This document shows positions 43,765 through 54,863 of a stretch of DNA of 64,000 nucleotides, one piece after another (position 1 is the stretch's first letter; every line of letters begins with the position of its first letter). Both the position numbers and the translations under genes were made by a program. The stretch comes from Alphaproteobacteria bacterium (lineage in GTDB: Bacteria; Pseudomonadota; Alphaproteobacteria; RF32; CAG-239): assembly GCA_045116295.1 (NCBI GenBank), contig JBGULQ010000013.1:3745-67744 (forward strand). Direction: 5' to 3'. Under the pieces are notes generated by a model that worked only from the letters and a program-made list of their open reading frames with translations, searched no databases and was not told the origin of the DNA.

Positions 43765-45984
43765 ATGTCGGAAACTGAATTAAAAATAAAAGATGTGCAA
43801 TTAGCTGAAGAACTCAGCAAACGCTACTTGTCGTATGCAATGTCAACCATTGTATCGCGCTCTTTGCCAGATGTAAGAGATGGTTTGAAACCGGTACACA
43901 GGCGTCTGATGTATGCAATGCGTCAACTACACCTTGATCCTAGATCCGGTTTTAAGAAATGCGCACGTGTGGTCGGTGATGTTATCGGTAAATATCACCC
44001 GCACGGAGATAGTGCTGTTTATGGAGCAATGGCGCGTTTGGCACAGGACTTTTCAGTTCGCTATCCGCTGGTGGACGGGCAGGGCAATTTTGGTAATATT
44101 GATGGCGACGGTCCGGCCGCTATGCGTTATACAGAAGCCAGACTGACTGATTTTGCTATGGCCTTGATGGAAGGGCTGAATGATAATGCTGTCGATTTTA
44201 TGGATACGTATGACGGAGAGGAAAGTGAGCCTCTGGTCATGCCGGCGGCTGTTCCGAATTTGTTGTGCAACGGAACATCAGGTATTGCCGTTGGCATGGC
44301 GACCAATATTCCGCCACATAATTTGAGCGAAATCAGCGATGCCTTATTGTATATGATTGATAATCCGCAATGTGAGATAGAACCGCTGGTCAAAAAATTA
44401 AAAGGACCTGATTTTCCGACCGGCGGAGTGATTGTTGATAAGTTTCAGACCATTTTGGATAATTATACAAGCGGGAAGGGCGTTTTTAGAATCAGAGCCA
44501 AGTGGGAGAAAGAAGATCTCGGTCATGGGCAATATCAAATTGTGGTCACCGAAATTCCATATATGGTGCAAAAAGCTAAGCTTGTCGAAAAAATTGCCGA
44601 GTTGCTGATTAATAAGAAAGTTCCGTTGCTTAATGATATCCGCGATGAATCTGCGCAAGATGTTCGGATTGTATTGGAGCCTAAGAGCCGGACCGTTGAT
44701 GCTAATTTGTTGATGGAACATTTATTTAAGCAGACTGATTTGGAAAGCCGTTTCAACATGAATATGAATGTGCTTGATTCTGACGGTGTTCCAAGAGTGA
44801 TGAGCATAAAAGAAGTTTTGCGCGAATATTTAAATCATCGTCATAATGTGCTGTTAAGGCGTACAAATTATCGTTTGGATAAGATAAATTATCGATTGGA
44901 AATTTTGACCGGATATTTGACGGCATATCTTAATCTTGACCGAATTATTGAAATAATTCGCAGTGAAGATGACGCAAAAGCTGTTATGATGAAGGAATTT
45001 AAGCTGACCGATAATCAGGCTGAAGCGATTTTGAATATGAAATTGCGTTCTCTGCGCAAATTGGAAGAAAGTCAAATTCGTGATGAATATGATGAACTGA
45101 GCGGAGAAAAAGCCGGACTTGAAGAACTGCTTGGTAGCGAGAGTAAACAATGGCAAGCAATTGCCGAAGAAATCAAACAAACTAAAGAACGTTTTGGTAA
45201 AAAAACAGCTTTAGGACGGCGCAGAACCGAGTTTTCTGAGGTTACTGATGTTGTAGAAGTTCCGATAGAGGCATTGATTGAAAAAGAACCAATAACTGTA
45301 ATTTTGTCGCAAAAAGGCTGGATTAGAGGACTTAAGGGACATGTTGATTTAAGTACTGACTTTAAGTTTAAGGACGATGATGAGCTGGCGTTTGTGATAC
45401 ATGCACAAACTACTGATAAATTAGTGGTTTTGGATAGTTCGGGTAAGTTCTTTAATATATCAGCAAATGATGTGCCGACCGGACGCGGCTTTGGTCAGCC
45501 GTTGCGTTTGATGATTGATATTGCTAATAATGACAGTATTACTGCAATGTTTGTATTTGAACCTAAAGCTTCCTATTTGTTGGCAACCAATAGTGGCAGA
45601 GGTTTTATTGTTGATGAAAATCATATTTTGGCGCAAACTCGCAGTGGACGTAAGATTATGAATGTTGCAGCCGGAGAAAAATCGGTATTCTGCGTAAAGG
45701 TAACCGGTAATATGGTAGCAACGGTTGGTGAAAATCGCAAATTGTTGATATTTAAGACGGAAGAAATACCAACAATGGCTCGTGGGCATGGCGTTTTGTT
45801 GCAAAAATATAAAGATGGCGGTTTATCAGATATTCAATTCTTTAATGAAACAGACGGATTTAGTTTTAGTCGTTCAGGTGGTGTCGGGGTGGAAACAGAG
45901 CTTATGACATGGCTGGGACATCGCGGGCAGGTCGGTAAGCTTGTGCCGTTTGGTTTTCCTAAAAACAACAAATTTTTTAGTTAA
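43765..45984 (+). CDS. parC: DNA topoisomerase IV subunit A
   Basis: 739 aa. [23 protein letters not shown] and the AAMRYTE active-site Tyr motif. The length fits ParC rather than GyrA. Confidence 0.85.
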   Translation: MSETELKIKDVQLAEELSKRYLSYAMSTIVSRSLPDVRDGLKPVHRRLMYAMRQLHLDPRSGFKKCARVVGDVIGKYHPHGDSAVYGAMARLAQDFSVRYPLVDGQGNFGNIDGDGPAAMRYTEARLTDFAMALMEGLNDNAVDFMDTYDGEESEPLVMPAAVPNLLCNGTSGIAVGMATNIPPHNLSEISDALLYMIDNPQCEIEPLVKKLKGPDFPTGGVIVDKFQTILDNYTSGKGVFRIRAKWEKEDLGHGQYQIVVTEIPYMVQKAKLVEKIAELLINKKVPLLNDIRDESAQDVRIVLEPKSRTVDANLLMEHLFKQTDLESRFNMNMNVLDSDGVPRVMSIKEVLREYLNHRHNVLLRRTNYRLDKINYRLEILTGYLTAYLNLDRIIEIIRSEDDAKAVMMKEFKLTDNQAEAILNMKLRSLRKLEESQIRDEYDELSGEKAGLEELLGSESKQWQAIAEEIKQTKERFGKKTALGRRRTEFSEVTDVVEVPIEALIEKEPITVILSQKGWIRGLKGHVDLSTDFKFKDDDELAFVIHAQTTDKLVVLDSSGKFFNISANDVPTGRGFGQPLRLMIDIANNDSITAMFVFEPKASYLLATNSGRGFIVDENHILAQTRSGRKIMNVAAGEKSVFCVKVTGNMVATVGENRKLLIFKTEEIPTMARGHGVLLQKYKDGGLSDIQFFNETDGFSFSRSGGVGVETELMTWLGHRGQVGKLVPFGFPKNNKFFS

Positions 45985-45995
45985 GTTGAGCAAAA

Positions 45996-46682
45996 ATGGC
46001 AAAATTTAAATATAAATGTTACGGCAATACGGTAAATCCCCAAAAAATTGTCGTTTTTATTCACGGGTATAAAAGTTCTATTGACGATTTGGCCGCGGAT
46101 ATGGGGCTGTTATCTTCGCTGTTACCTGAATATTTAGTTGTAACCCCTCAGTCAGATAAACATCACAAAAACAGTGAGATGCTCGAGTGGTATGATGTAT
46201 CAGTTTATGATACTGAACGTAAAAGACGTAATCCTGAAACTCCTGTTGAAGAAATAATTGAAATATACAATTGTGCCGGAGAGCAACTGTCTATTAATGC
46301 TCGCGATATGAATGAGTTTATTGATGAAATGCGTGATCTTTATGGAATTGAAGACAATTGTATATATATATCAGGTTTTTCACAAGGTGCAATGATGGCG
46401 CTATATACTGCATTGAGCAGAAAAAAACGGGTAGGCGGGTGTTTTATGTTGTCAGGAGTTGTTGCCGGTAAAGACTATTTAGAAAAAGAAATTAATTCAA
46501 AGCCTGAGGTATATATGTTGCACGGAAAGTCGGATGTGACTGTACAATATAAAACTTTAAAATTCTCAGTTGGTTGGCTGAAAAATCATGGCATTGATGT
46601 CAATGTTCAAGAATATGAAAATCTGGCTCATAAAATTATCGGTAATGAGTTAGAATATATTGCTGAGATTGTAAAAAAGTAA
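45996..46682 (+). CDS. phospholipase/carboxylesterase-family serine hydrolase
   Basis: 228 aa with the GFSQG nucleophile elbow, and a downstream His in the LAHKI segment. Confidence 0.75.
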   Translation: MAKFKYKCYGNTVNPQKIVVFIHGYKSSIDDLAADMGLLSSLLPEYLVVTPQSDKHHKNSEMLEWYDVSVYDTERKRRNPETPVEEIIEIYNCAGEQLSINARDMNEFIDEMRDLYGIEDNCIYISGFSQGAMMALYTALSRKKRVGGCFMLSGVVAGKDYLEKEINSKPEVYMLHGKSDVTVQYKTLKFSVGWLKNHGIDVNVQEYENLAHKIIGNELEYIAEIVKK

Positions 46683-46844
46683 AAAAAATAATCATTTTTA
46701 AGAATGTTGTGGCATATATTATAATGTAATAACAACTAGATATGTGTCTTGGTTAAACTATACATAATATAAATTATGCGACAAATATATACAGTTTTTT
46801 TCAGATTCCCCTAAGGTCTTACGAACATTTGAACCTATCATTTT

Positions 46845-48398
46845 CTAGCAAGCGGCCCTTATAAGGTTTTTAGTGTATTCTTTTTGCGGATTGTTAAAGA
46901 TTTGATCCGTTGATCCATGTTCAATGATTTTTCCATCTTTCATGACAATTATATTGTCGGACATAGCACGGACAGCTTTCATGTCGTGAGATATAAAAAT
47001 GTAACTTATGTCGCGTTTTTTTTGAATTTGCTGTAATAATTTAATAATCTGAGCCTGTATGGTAACATCAAGCGCAGATGTCGGCTCGTCAAGTACGACC
47101 AGTTCGGGATTTAGGATTAAAGCTCGTGCAATAGCAATGCGTTGTCTTTGTCCACCGGAAAACTGATGAGGATATTTTTTGAGGTCAGCGGCTGTTAAAC
47201 CAACCTCCTCTATTGCTTTAATAACATGGTTTTTAAGTTCATCTTTTGACAGTTCCGGGTAATTAACAATAAGTCCTTCACTGACAATTTGTTCAACATT
47301 CATTCGTGGATTCAGCGAGTTATAAGGATCTTGAAACACCATTTGAATTTGGTTACAGAAATTGTGTCGGTTAGATGCGGTTATACGTTGATTTTTATAA
47401 ATAAAATCCCCGTTGTATTTATTAATTCCAACCAAAGAAAGTCCGAGAGTGCTTTTCCCAGAGCCTGATTCTCCAACGATTCCAAGTGTTTGTCCGCTTG
47501 TGAGCGTAAAGGATATGTCATTTACGGCATTTATCGATGATGTCACCCTGCCCCAAAAATTTTTTTTGAGTGGAAAAGTGACTTTGATATGTTGTGCATC
47601 GAGAATTATGTTATTTTTAATATTTGCGATATTTTTCCGAATATTAGTTGAACTAATTAATGTTTTAGTATAACTATTTTGCGGGTGGTTAAATATGTCT
47701 TCAGTAAATCCTTGTTCAACTATCTTTCCATCTTTCATAACCAGCACCCTGTCGGCAATTTTATGAATGACCGAAAGATCATGACTGATAAAGATTATAG
47801 CCATATTCATTTTTTTGCGTAATTTCAATAATAAATCAAGTATTTGCTCTTGAACAGTAACGTCAAGTGCTGTTGTCGGTTCATCAGCAATCAAAATCTC
47901 AGGTTGATTAGCGATTGCTATTGCAATCATTACTCTTTGCCGTTGTCCGCCGGAAAGCTCAAACGGATATGCTTTTAGTCGTTGTTCGGCGTTTGGAATA
48001 CCAACTGTCTCCAAGAGTTCTAATGCTTTTTGGCGGGCTGATGCGCTAGAAATGTGATGATGAACGAGAATAGCTTCGGCTATTTGATTGCCTATTGTGT
48101 GTAGCGGATTTAGTGATGACATCGGTTCTTGAAAAATAAAACCGATTTTTTGCCCACGAATAGATTGCCATTTTTCATTATTTATACCGGAAAGCTCTTG
48201 ATTGTTAAGCATAATCGAACTTCCCTTGCAACATGGAAACAAGCCTAATATTGATTGTGCGGTTAATGATTTGCCGGAGCCGGATTCCCCGACGATACCC
48301 AGAATTTCTCCGGCATTGAGTTCAAAACTTACGTTGTCTACAACTTTTCGACCGTTATCGACTGTGATGTTTAGTTTATTTACTGTAAGTAAGCTCAT
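46845..48398 (-). CDS. yejF: ABC transporter ATPase with duplicated ATP-binding domains (YejF-like)
   Basis: Two Walker A motifs (GESGSGKS twice) and two LSGGQRQR signatures. Confidence 0.85.
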   Translation of the reverse strand: MSLLTVNKLNITVDNGRKVVDNVSFELNAGEILGIVGESGSGKSLTAQSILGLFPCCKGSSIMLNNQELSGINNEKWQSIRGQKIGFIFQEPMSSLNPLHTIGNQIAEAILVHHHISSASARQKALELLETVGIPNAEQRLKAYPFELSGGQRQRVMIAIAIANQPEILIADEPTTALDVTVQEQILDLLLKLRKKMNMAIIFISHDLSVIHKIADRVLVMKDGKIVEQGFTEDIFNHPQNSYTKTLISSTNIRKNIANIKNNIILDAQHIKVTFPLKKNFWGRVTSSINAVNDISFTLTSGQTLGIVGESGSGKSTLGLSLVGINKYNGDFIYKNQRITASNRHNFCNQIQMVFQDPYNSLNPRMNVEQIVSEGLIVNYPELSKDELKNHVIKAIEEVGLTAADLKKYPHQFSGGQRQRIAIARALILNPELVVLDEPTSALDVTIQAQIIKLLQQIQKKRDISYIFISHDMKAVRAMSDNIIVMKDGKIIEHGSTDQIFNNPQKEYTKNLIRAAC

Positions 48399-49411
48399 TT
48401 TTGTACCTTTCTGGTATCAAGAGCATCACGTACTCCTTCGCCGATAAAAATTAGCAAGGTGAGAAGCGTGGATAGAACTATAAAAATTGAAATTCCTATC
48501 CAGGGGGCTTGTAAATTATCTTTGCCCTGTCTGACTAAATCTCCCAATGACGGATAATTTTGAGATAAACCAAGTCCAAGAAAATCAAGAGCAGTTAATG
48601 CTACAATAGCTTCAGAAATTAAAAAAGGAATAAAAGTTATGGTGGCAACCAATGCGTTAGGCAAAATATGGCGATAGATTATACGCCAGTTGCTTACCCC
48701 TAAAACACGAGCGGCTTTAACAAATTCAAAGTTACGAGTGCGCATAAACTCAGCACGAACCATGCCGGTGAGCGATGTCCACGAAAACAACAGCATAATA
48801 ATCAGCAGTGTCCAGAATGTCGGAATAAAAAGGCTGGCAACAATTATGAGAATGAATAACTGTGGTAAGGAATCCCATATCTCAATAAAACGCTGCATTA
48901 TGATGTCGGTTTTCCCTCCAAGATAGCCTTGGATCGCTCCGGCCAAAATGCCAATTATAGATGAAATTAATGTGAGCGCAAAAGCAAATGCAACAGAAAG
49001 CCTTATGCCATAAAGAATTCGTGCCAGAATATCCCTGCCCTCATCATCTGTGCCAAGCCAGTGCTTGGAACTTGGAGCTGATGGAGTGGGAGTCTTTAAT
49101 TTAAAATCAACAGTATTAAATGAAAACGGAATGATTGGCATAACCATCCAACCATTTTGGTTTATGTTATTAACAATAAATTCGTCTTTATAATCAGCAG
49201 GTGTAGGAAAATCTCCGCCAAATTCTAAATCAGTATAGGTTTTGAAAATCGGAAAATAAAGCCGGTCGTTGTATGACATAATCAGCGGTTTGTCATTTGC
49301 TATAAACTCAGAAACTAGGCTGATAAACAGCAACAACAGAAAAATTATCGCGGACCAATAGGCGCGTTTATTGCGTTTAAAAAGCTGTATGGCGTTATAA
49401 ATTTTCACCAC
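48395..49411 (-). CDS. yejE: ABC transporter permease (YejE-like, Opp/Dpp class)
   Basis: 338 aa. HWLGTDDEGRDILARILYG and the EAA-type loop FVKAARVLGVSNWRIIYRHILPN. GTG start, overlapping the upstream gene by 14-17 nt. Confidence 0.8.
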   Translation of the reverse strand: MVKIYNAIQLFKRNKRAYWSAIIFLLLLFISLVSEFIANDKPLIMSYNDRLYFPIFKTYTDLEFGGDFPTPADYKDEFIVNNINQNGWMVMPIIPFSFNTVDFKLKTPTPSAPSSKHWLGTDDEGRDILARILYGIRLSVAFAFALTLISSIIGILAGAIQGYLGGKTDIIMQRFIEIWDSLPQLFILIIVASLFIPTFWTLLIIMLLFSWTSLTGMVRAEFMRTRNFEFVKAARVLGVSNWRIIYRHILPNALVATITFIPFLISEAIVALTALDFLGLGLSQNYPSLGDLVRQGKDNLQAPWIGISIFIVLSTLLTLLIFIGEGVRDALDTRKVQK

Positions 49412-51491
49412 CGACCTCTTCTATGGGTTCACGACTCATTTCAGATAATGATTCTACTTTTGCTTCCGGAGTATCTTTAATTTGTCCGCTCATAACTTTG
49501 TTTTTGCTAATGGTCTTTTCTTCAAGAGGCATCATTTTGGGCTGTTTGTGAACAATAGGTTCATTCTCATTCAGGGTAATCGGACGAGAAGCCTCAATAC
49601 TGTCAGGAGCTACGTTTTCAGGATTATTTTTCTTCCATGTTTTGAACCATTCAGTATATATTTGGTATGATGCTTGTGCAACATCGTTGTCGTAAACTAC
49701 AGCATCAAGCTTGTCTTTTATGGTACGCTTGGTGGTCTTTGATGAGGTATCGCCATCAAAATCAATGCATTTTTGCTGAGTAATCGTCTGTTTTACTATG
49801 TCAGGAGCTGCACATATAGATTTGTTGATTGTAAAAGTATGATTGTCCGGTGTACTGATGGCCACGTTTGTAGTTTGGCCATTCAAAAATGAAGTATAGA
49901 GAGCTATGTCTTTTGTTCCAATCATATCATCCATACTGCTTATACCTTGAATGATAACAGTGGAATGATTTAATATGCCGGATTCTTGTAGCTTGTGCAT
50001 GAATTGACTGAGCTTTCCATATAAACACATGGTTTGACGGAAATAGGCACTGCGTTTTTCTGTTAATCTGTTGTTTTTTACCCATGGTTGATGATATTTT
50101 ACATTCCATTCATCAGGAGATTTAAGTTTGCACATATCATCGTAGACATAAGTATCTGCTGGCAAATCAAGAATTATAAAATATGCTTGATTGCCTTTGT
50201 CATTTTTGATGTCATTTAATGCAATGTCAAGTGTGTTAAGTGAGTTTATGACGTATAATCCCTTGTATGATGTGCCAATCACCGGAATTTTATCTGCATT
50301 AAAGAACTTGCTTAGACGATTGTATATAAATTCAGCTGAATAATTAAACCAATTGGCACTCTCAATCCATTGAGATATAATAATAATGGCTTTGTCAAAT
50401 GGGGTATAGTCAACATTTGCAATATTCATAGGGTTAACAATTCTGGTTACACAGCGTGATACATTATTGCTTTGTCCTTTGTCACAAAGTTTTAAGCCTT
50501 GTGATTGATAAGCATTTATGTTGTATCCCTTGGATTTTAGGGTATCAAAGAGTTGGCTATTTTTTAATGTGGCAATAAATGAATTACGTTTTTTGAATTG
50601 CCAATGCTTGCTTTGGGCGGGTTGAGATGTAATGTTGGAATATCGGTCATCAGGTACATTCAAATTGAGGCTGTTTGAAGCGTTGACCGTCGGAGACGGA
50701 TCGGCGACATATGCGTTGGGAAATAATTTGAAACCATATTGTGCGTGAAAACCGAGCATGATTGAGCGAAGCTGATCGCGATAGATTTTGTTGGCTTCCA
50801 TATCAGTTAATCTAGATATGTAGCCGTATGATGGTAAGCTAGGAATCATTATGTTTATGTATTTGCTTTGTCCGGTGTTATCAGACGAGTTTGACACAAG
50901 GTTTTCGACTTCAAACTCTTCTAATGGCTTGCCTTGGTGCATAAATACGAATATAAAAGCCCCAACAGACATGGTGGCAAGAAGAAAATATGTTTTTTTG
51001 CCGAAGAAAAACAGTACAATGAATACGGTAACGGCTATCAGACCGGATATGTAAGTTGATGAGTGACTACCAATCACATTACCAAGCTCAAAATCTGAAA
51101 AATGAGTGAACATAGCTGTGGAGAATAAGTATACTATCCAAGCTGTAAATAGGCATATAATCGGTTTGAAACCGGATAAAAGAAAATAAAATATGCCGGT
51201 AACCAAAGCTATGATTATCATGGCAAGCAGAATATCAGGACGAAGTACGGGGAATGCACTGAATATGCTGCCGGCACCTGACGAGGCATAAAGCATAAAT
51301 TCTGTTTCAAGTAAAGAGATGCCTATTAAAGTCAAGAATATGAAAGTAAGCCAGTAGTTTATTATAGGGTGCTTGTCGGCTCTAAAAAAGATCCTTTTTT
51401 TAGACTTAACTTGGTAGTTTGTTTTTGGAAATGGATTGGTTTCTCCTGAAGATGAGCCAAATGTAGGTTCTTTTTTTTCAAATGTTTTCAT
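49395..51491 (-). CDS. large polytopic membrane protein with C-terminal extracytoplasmic domain (function unknown)
   Basis: 698 aa with about 6 N-terminal TM helices, then about 470 aa of soluble domain. The architecture only weakly resembles LtaS/EptA-type sulfatase-fold enzymes, and the metal and nucleophile motifs are not evident. Confidence 0.6.
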   Translation of the reverse strand: MKTFEKKEPTFGSSSGETNPFPKTNYQVKSKKRIFFRADKHPIINYWLTFIFLTLIGISLLETEFMLYASSGAGSIFSAFPVLRPDILLAMIIIALVTGIFYFLLSGFKPIICLFTAWIVYLFSTAMFTHFSDFELGNVIGSHSSTYISGLIAVTVFIVLFFFGKKTYFLLATMSVGAFIFVFMHQGKPLEEFEVENLVSNSSDNTGQSKYINIMIPSLPSYGYISRLTDMEANKIYRDQLRSIMLGFHAQYGFKLFPNAYVADPSPTVNASNSLNLNVPDDRYSNITSQPAQSKHWQFKKRNSFIATLKNSQLFDTLKSKGYNINAYQSQGLKLCDKGQSNNVSRCVTRIVNPMNIANVDYTPFDKAIIIISQWIESANWFNYSAEFIYNRLSKFFNADKIPVIGTSYKGLYVINSLNTLDIALNDIKNDKGNQAYFIILDLPADTYVYDDMCKLKSPDEWNVKYHQPWVKNNRLTEKRSAYFRQTMCLYGKLSQFMHKLQESGILNHSTVIIQGISSMDDMIGTKDIALYTSFLNGQTTNVAISTPDNHTFTINKSICAAPDIVKQTITQQKCIDFDGDTSSKTTKRTIKDKLDAVVYDNDVAQASYQIYTEWFKTWKKNNPENVAPDSIEASRPITLNENEPIVHKQPKMMPLEEKTISKNKVMSGQIKDTPEAKVESLSEMSREPIEEVGGENL

Positions 51492-51551
51492 CTTTATACC
51501 TCTTTATAATACTTGCCAGGCAGTATAGCAAATATGAGAATCTTTTAAAGC

Positions 51552-51585
51552 AAAAACCCTCAAGATTGCACATAATCTTGAGGGT
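51552..51585 (-). terminator. rho-independent terminator of rpsD
   Basis: ACCCTCAAGAT-TGCACATA-ATCTTGAGGGT forms an 11-bp stem, followed by a T-run on the minus strand. Confidence 0.7.
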
Positions 51586-51610
51586 TCTATTTTGTGAGCA
51601 AAAATGCTGA

Positions 51611-52225
51611 TTATCTTGAGTAAAACTCGATAACCATGTTCGGTTCCATAACAGAAGCATAAGGTACATCTTCAAATTTAGGAACAAAGGTATATTTTGC
51701 TTCCATCTTTTTAGTGTCTACTTCCAAATAGGCAGGAGCTTCGTGGAGGTTAGATTCCAAAGCGGCAACTACCATAGCCATTTGCTTAGCACTTTCTTTA
51801 ACAGAGATAACATCTCCAACCTTAACCATGTAAGAAGGAATGTTTACTCTTTTGCCGTTAACCAAGATATGTCCGTGGTTAACAAATTGACGAGAAGCAA
51901 AAATGGTGGGAACAAATTTTGCTTTATATACCAAGTTATCCAAGCGAGATTCTAAAATGCCGATCAAGTTCTCAGCGGCATCACCGCGACGACGGATAGC
52001 TTCGGCATAATATTTGGCAAATTGTTTCTCGGAAACGTTACCATAATATGTTTTCAATCTTTGTTTTGCTTGCAATTGTGCACCATAGTCGGTCAATTTT
52101 TTCTTTCTGGCACCGTGTTGTCCGGGACCGTATGCACGTTTGAGCAATGGGCTTTTGGGATCACCCCACAAATTTGCATTAAGACTGCGATTAGTCTTTT
52201 TCTTTGCTGTAACAATACTTTTCAT
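51611..52225 (-). CDS. rpsD: 30S ribosomal protein S4
   Basis: 204 aa with typical S4 segments ([27 protein letters not shown]). Confidence 0.95.
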   Translation of the reverse strand: MKSIVTAKKKTNRSLNANLWGDPKSPLLKRAYGPGQHGARKKKLTDYGAQLQAKQRLKTYYGNVSEKQFAKYYAEAIRRRGDAAENLIGILESRLDNLVYKAKFVPTIFASRQFVNHGHILVNGKRVNIPSYMVKVGDVISVKESAKQMAMVVAALESNLHEAPAYLEVDTKKMEAKYTFVPKFEDVPYASVMEPNMVIEFYSR

Positions 52226-52358
52226 TGATTTTCCTTTATTTTATTTACGTTATTGTCCCGGTAGTTTTCATTTCAGAAACGGGGTGTTTGCCACCCTCTT
52301 TCCCGGAAGTGGGTGTAATGTATTATAAATAAAAACAAAATGCAAGTGTTTTTTGAGG

Positions 52359-53084
52359 TTATTTTTTTTGTATTTCTTCCGGAGCAACAATTCCGCCTGA
52401 AATTATGAATTTTAGAGCCTCTTCAACACTCATATCAAGATAAACCAAATCACTCTTGGGCATAAAGATAAGGAAGCCAGAAGTCGGGTTTGGGGTCGTA
52501 GGCACAAAAACATTGACCATCTCTTGTCGCAAGACGTCTTTTACTTCTCCCTCAGTATCAGTGCTTACAAGTCCTAAAATCCATATTCCTTTGCGAGGAT
52601 ATTCAAGTAAAACGACTTTTGAAAATGCTGCGGTTTTATCAGATAAAAATGTTTCAAATACCTTTTTTAGTAATGAATATACTGTTGAAATAAGAGGTAT
52701 TCTTTTTACTATCCAATCGCCAAGACGAATGAAAAATTTGCCAACAAAGCCGGCAGCAAACATACCTACTAAAGTCATGACCACAATCAAAACTATGATG
52801 CCCAGTCCGGGAATCGTAAAAGGTAGTGTATCGTAATAGGTGCGTAGTTGTGGCGGAAGAAGTTTGCTGACACCGGTATCAATCCACAAAATGATTTTGT
52901 AGGCTACATAAAAAGTCATAGCAACCGGTGCAGTTACTAAGACGCCGGTAAAAAAGTAGGCGCGGAGTTTAGAACCGAGTTTCATAAATGCGCGGTTTTC
53001 TTTCTGACGTTTGATTTCAGCAGTACGAATATCTTGAATTCTCCCTGCTCTTTTATGTACGTTTTTAGAATGCTTTTTTACCAT
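52359..53084 (-). CDS. DUF502-family membrane protein
   Basis: 241 aa. IPGLGIIVLIVVMTLVG and VPTTPNPTSGFLIFMP are typical of DUF502. Confidence 0.75.
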   Translation of the reverse strand: MVKKHSKNVHKRAGRIQDIRTAEIKRQKENRAFMKLGSKLRAYFFTGVLVTAPVAMTFYVAYKIILWIDTGVSKLLPPQLRTYYDTLPFTIPGLGIIVLIVVMTLVGMFAAGFVGKFFIRLGDWIVKRIPLISTVYSLLKKVFETFLSDKTAAFSKVVLLEYPRKGIWILGLVSTDTEGEVKDVLRQEMVNVFVPTTPNPTSGFLIFMPKSDLVYLDMSVEEALKFIISGGIVAPEEIQKK

Positions 53085-53085
53085 T

Positions 53086-54852
53086 TTATATCCTCATTGC
53101 ATCGTCAATTATGAATTGTGTTTGATTGCGCCCTTGCCAGTTATCACGTCTAAGGTTACCTACCAGATTGAAACTTTGTCCCGCACCATTAAGCAGCGCT
53201 TTTCCCATTTCGTTATCAGCGCAGCGAAACGCCATGGCTTTCAAGCTTCCTCCATTGAGTGAGGTTAGGTAACAACGGATATGACCTGCTCCCACTATCT
53301 CAGATTTAGTAACAAGAGCATTAGAAAGCATTAACAATGGTTCGGGGTTGCCTGATCCATATGGAGCCAAGGTTTCGAGCTTGTCAATAAAATCTATACT
53401 GACTGCCGATACGTCAATACTGCCGTCAATATCTAAAACCGGAGTTAAAGTTTGGTTTTGCATTATGTTTTGAATATATTCACCGGCAAATTTTCGAAAA
53501 TCTTCTATTCGATCTTGTTCTAATGAGAAACCGGCCGCCATAATATGTCCTCCGCCTTTGGTCAGAATGCCCTGCTCTTTGGCTTTCATAATCAGAGCTC
53601 CTATATCCAATCCCGGAACAGAACGAGCTGACCCCTTGACTTCATCAGGTTCTACCGACATTACAAATGAGGGGAGATTGTAGCGTTCACGAAGCTTGCC
53701 GGCAACAATACCGATAACTCCCTGATGCCAGTCATTGCCATAGACAAAGGCCATAGGAAAATTTTGAGGTGTGCCTTCCAGAATTTCTATGGCTTGCAGT
53801 AATACATAGGCTTCTATCTCTTTGCGTTGCGTATTGAAGTTATCTAACTTTTCTGCAATTGAAGCAGCTTCAAATTCATTTTTGCTGCACAAAAGCTTGT
53901 TGCCTAATGAAGAATCACCTACTCGACCGCCGGCATTAATGCGCGGACCTAGAATATAGCCAAGATGGTAGCTGGTTGGTGCTTCATTGATAGATGATTT
54001 GTCAATTAATGCTTTTATTCCTACATTTTGGCGGTGTGACATAACGGTTAGTCCTTGTCGTACAAAAGCACGGTTGAGACCCAGCAGCGGGACAACATCA
54101 CAGACGGTTCCTAATGCAACCAAATCAAGCCATTGTTTTAAATCAGGTTCCTTGTGGTTGTTATAAAAACCCTGGTTGCGCAAATGACGATTGATTGCTA
54201 CAATCGTCATAAACGCGACTCCGACAGCGGCCATGTATTTAAGGTAGGGATAGGTGTTTTCTTCATCTAGGCGTTTGGGGTTGACGACAGCGTATACATT
54301 TGGAAGTTTTTCTTCTGCCTGATGGTGGTCGAGAACAATGGTAGTAAGGTTATGCTGAGTAGCATATTCTAGTACGTCAAATGCCGTGGTGCCACAATCT
54401 ACCGTAATTAGCAGTTCAGTACCACAAGCTATAAAGTCATCAACAGCTTTGATACTCGGACCGTATCCTTCATCGCGTTCCGGTATGTGTATTAATGGAG
54501 AAATTCCAACGCTTTCTAAAAACAAGCGCAATACCGATGATGATGTAGCACCATCGACATCATAATCCCCGATAATGGCAATTTTTTGAGAGTTAATAAT
54601 GGCGTTACTGATACATATCGTCGCTTTTTCCATATCTTTTAAGACGTATGGATCAGGCATCAGTTTTTGAAGTTTAGGGTTCAAAAAATCAGGGATATTG
54701 TCATCAGTAATATCACGTCCGGCGAGTATTTTGGCAATAAGAAACGGAATATTGTATTTTTGCGCCGCCATTTCGACATAGTGATCATCCGGAGATAAAA
54801 ATCTCCATATATTGCCGTTTAGCGATTTTTGAGATGCAAAATCAATATTCAA
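53086..54852 (-). CDS. recJ: single-stranded-DNA-specific exonuclease RecJ
   Basis: DHH-family motifs (IIGDYDVDGATS, VDCGT, VLDHHQ) and the GGGHIMAAG motif. Confidence 0.9.
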   Translation of the reverse strand: MNIDFASQKSLNGNIWRFLSPDDHYVEMAAQKYNIPFLIAKILAGRDITDDNIPDFLNPKLQKLMPDPYVLKDMEKATICISNAIINSQKIAIIGDYDVDGATSSSVLRLFLESVGISPLIHIPERDEGYGPSIKAVDDFIACGTELLITVDCGTTAFDVLEYATQHNLTTIVLDHHQAEEKLPNVYAVVNPKRLDEENTYPYLKYMAAVGVAFMTIVAINRHLRNQGFYNNHKEPDLKQWLDLVALGTVCDVVPLLGLNRAFVRQGLTVMSHRQNVGIKALIDKSSINEAPTSYHLGYILGPRINAGGRVGDSSLGNKLLCSKNEFEAASIAEKLDNFNTQRKEIEAYVLLQAIEILEGTPQNFPMAFVYGNDWHQGVIGIVAGKLRERYNLPSFVMSVEPDEVKGSARSVPGLDIGALIMKAKEQGILTKGGGHIMAAGFSLEQDRIEDFRKFAGEYIQNIMQNQTLTPVLDIDGSIDVSAVSIDFIDKLETLAPYGSGNPEPLLMLSNALVTKSEIVGAGHIRCYLTSLNGGSLKAMAFRCADNEMGKALLNGAGQSFNLVGNLRRDNWQGRNQTQFIIDDAMRI

Positions 54853-54863
54853 TTTAAACTCTT

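Noticed and set aside
46683-46844. 162-nt AT-rich gap between the convergent esterase and yejF genes as a possible sRNA locus
   Set aside because: No convincing promoter-terminator pair or stable hairpin could be found by eye on either strand.
52226-52358. Structured leader upstream of rpsD as an S4 autoregulatory element
   Set aside because: I find one 9-bp imperfect hairpin (about 52292-52315), but the promoter cannot be placed confidently. I cannot match the structure to any known S4 leader from memory, so the support is insufficient.
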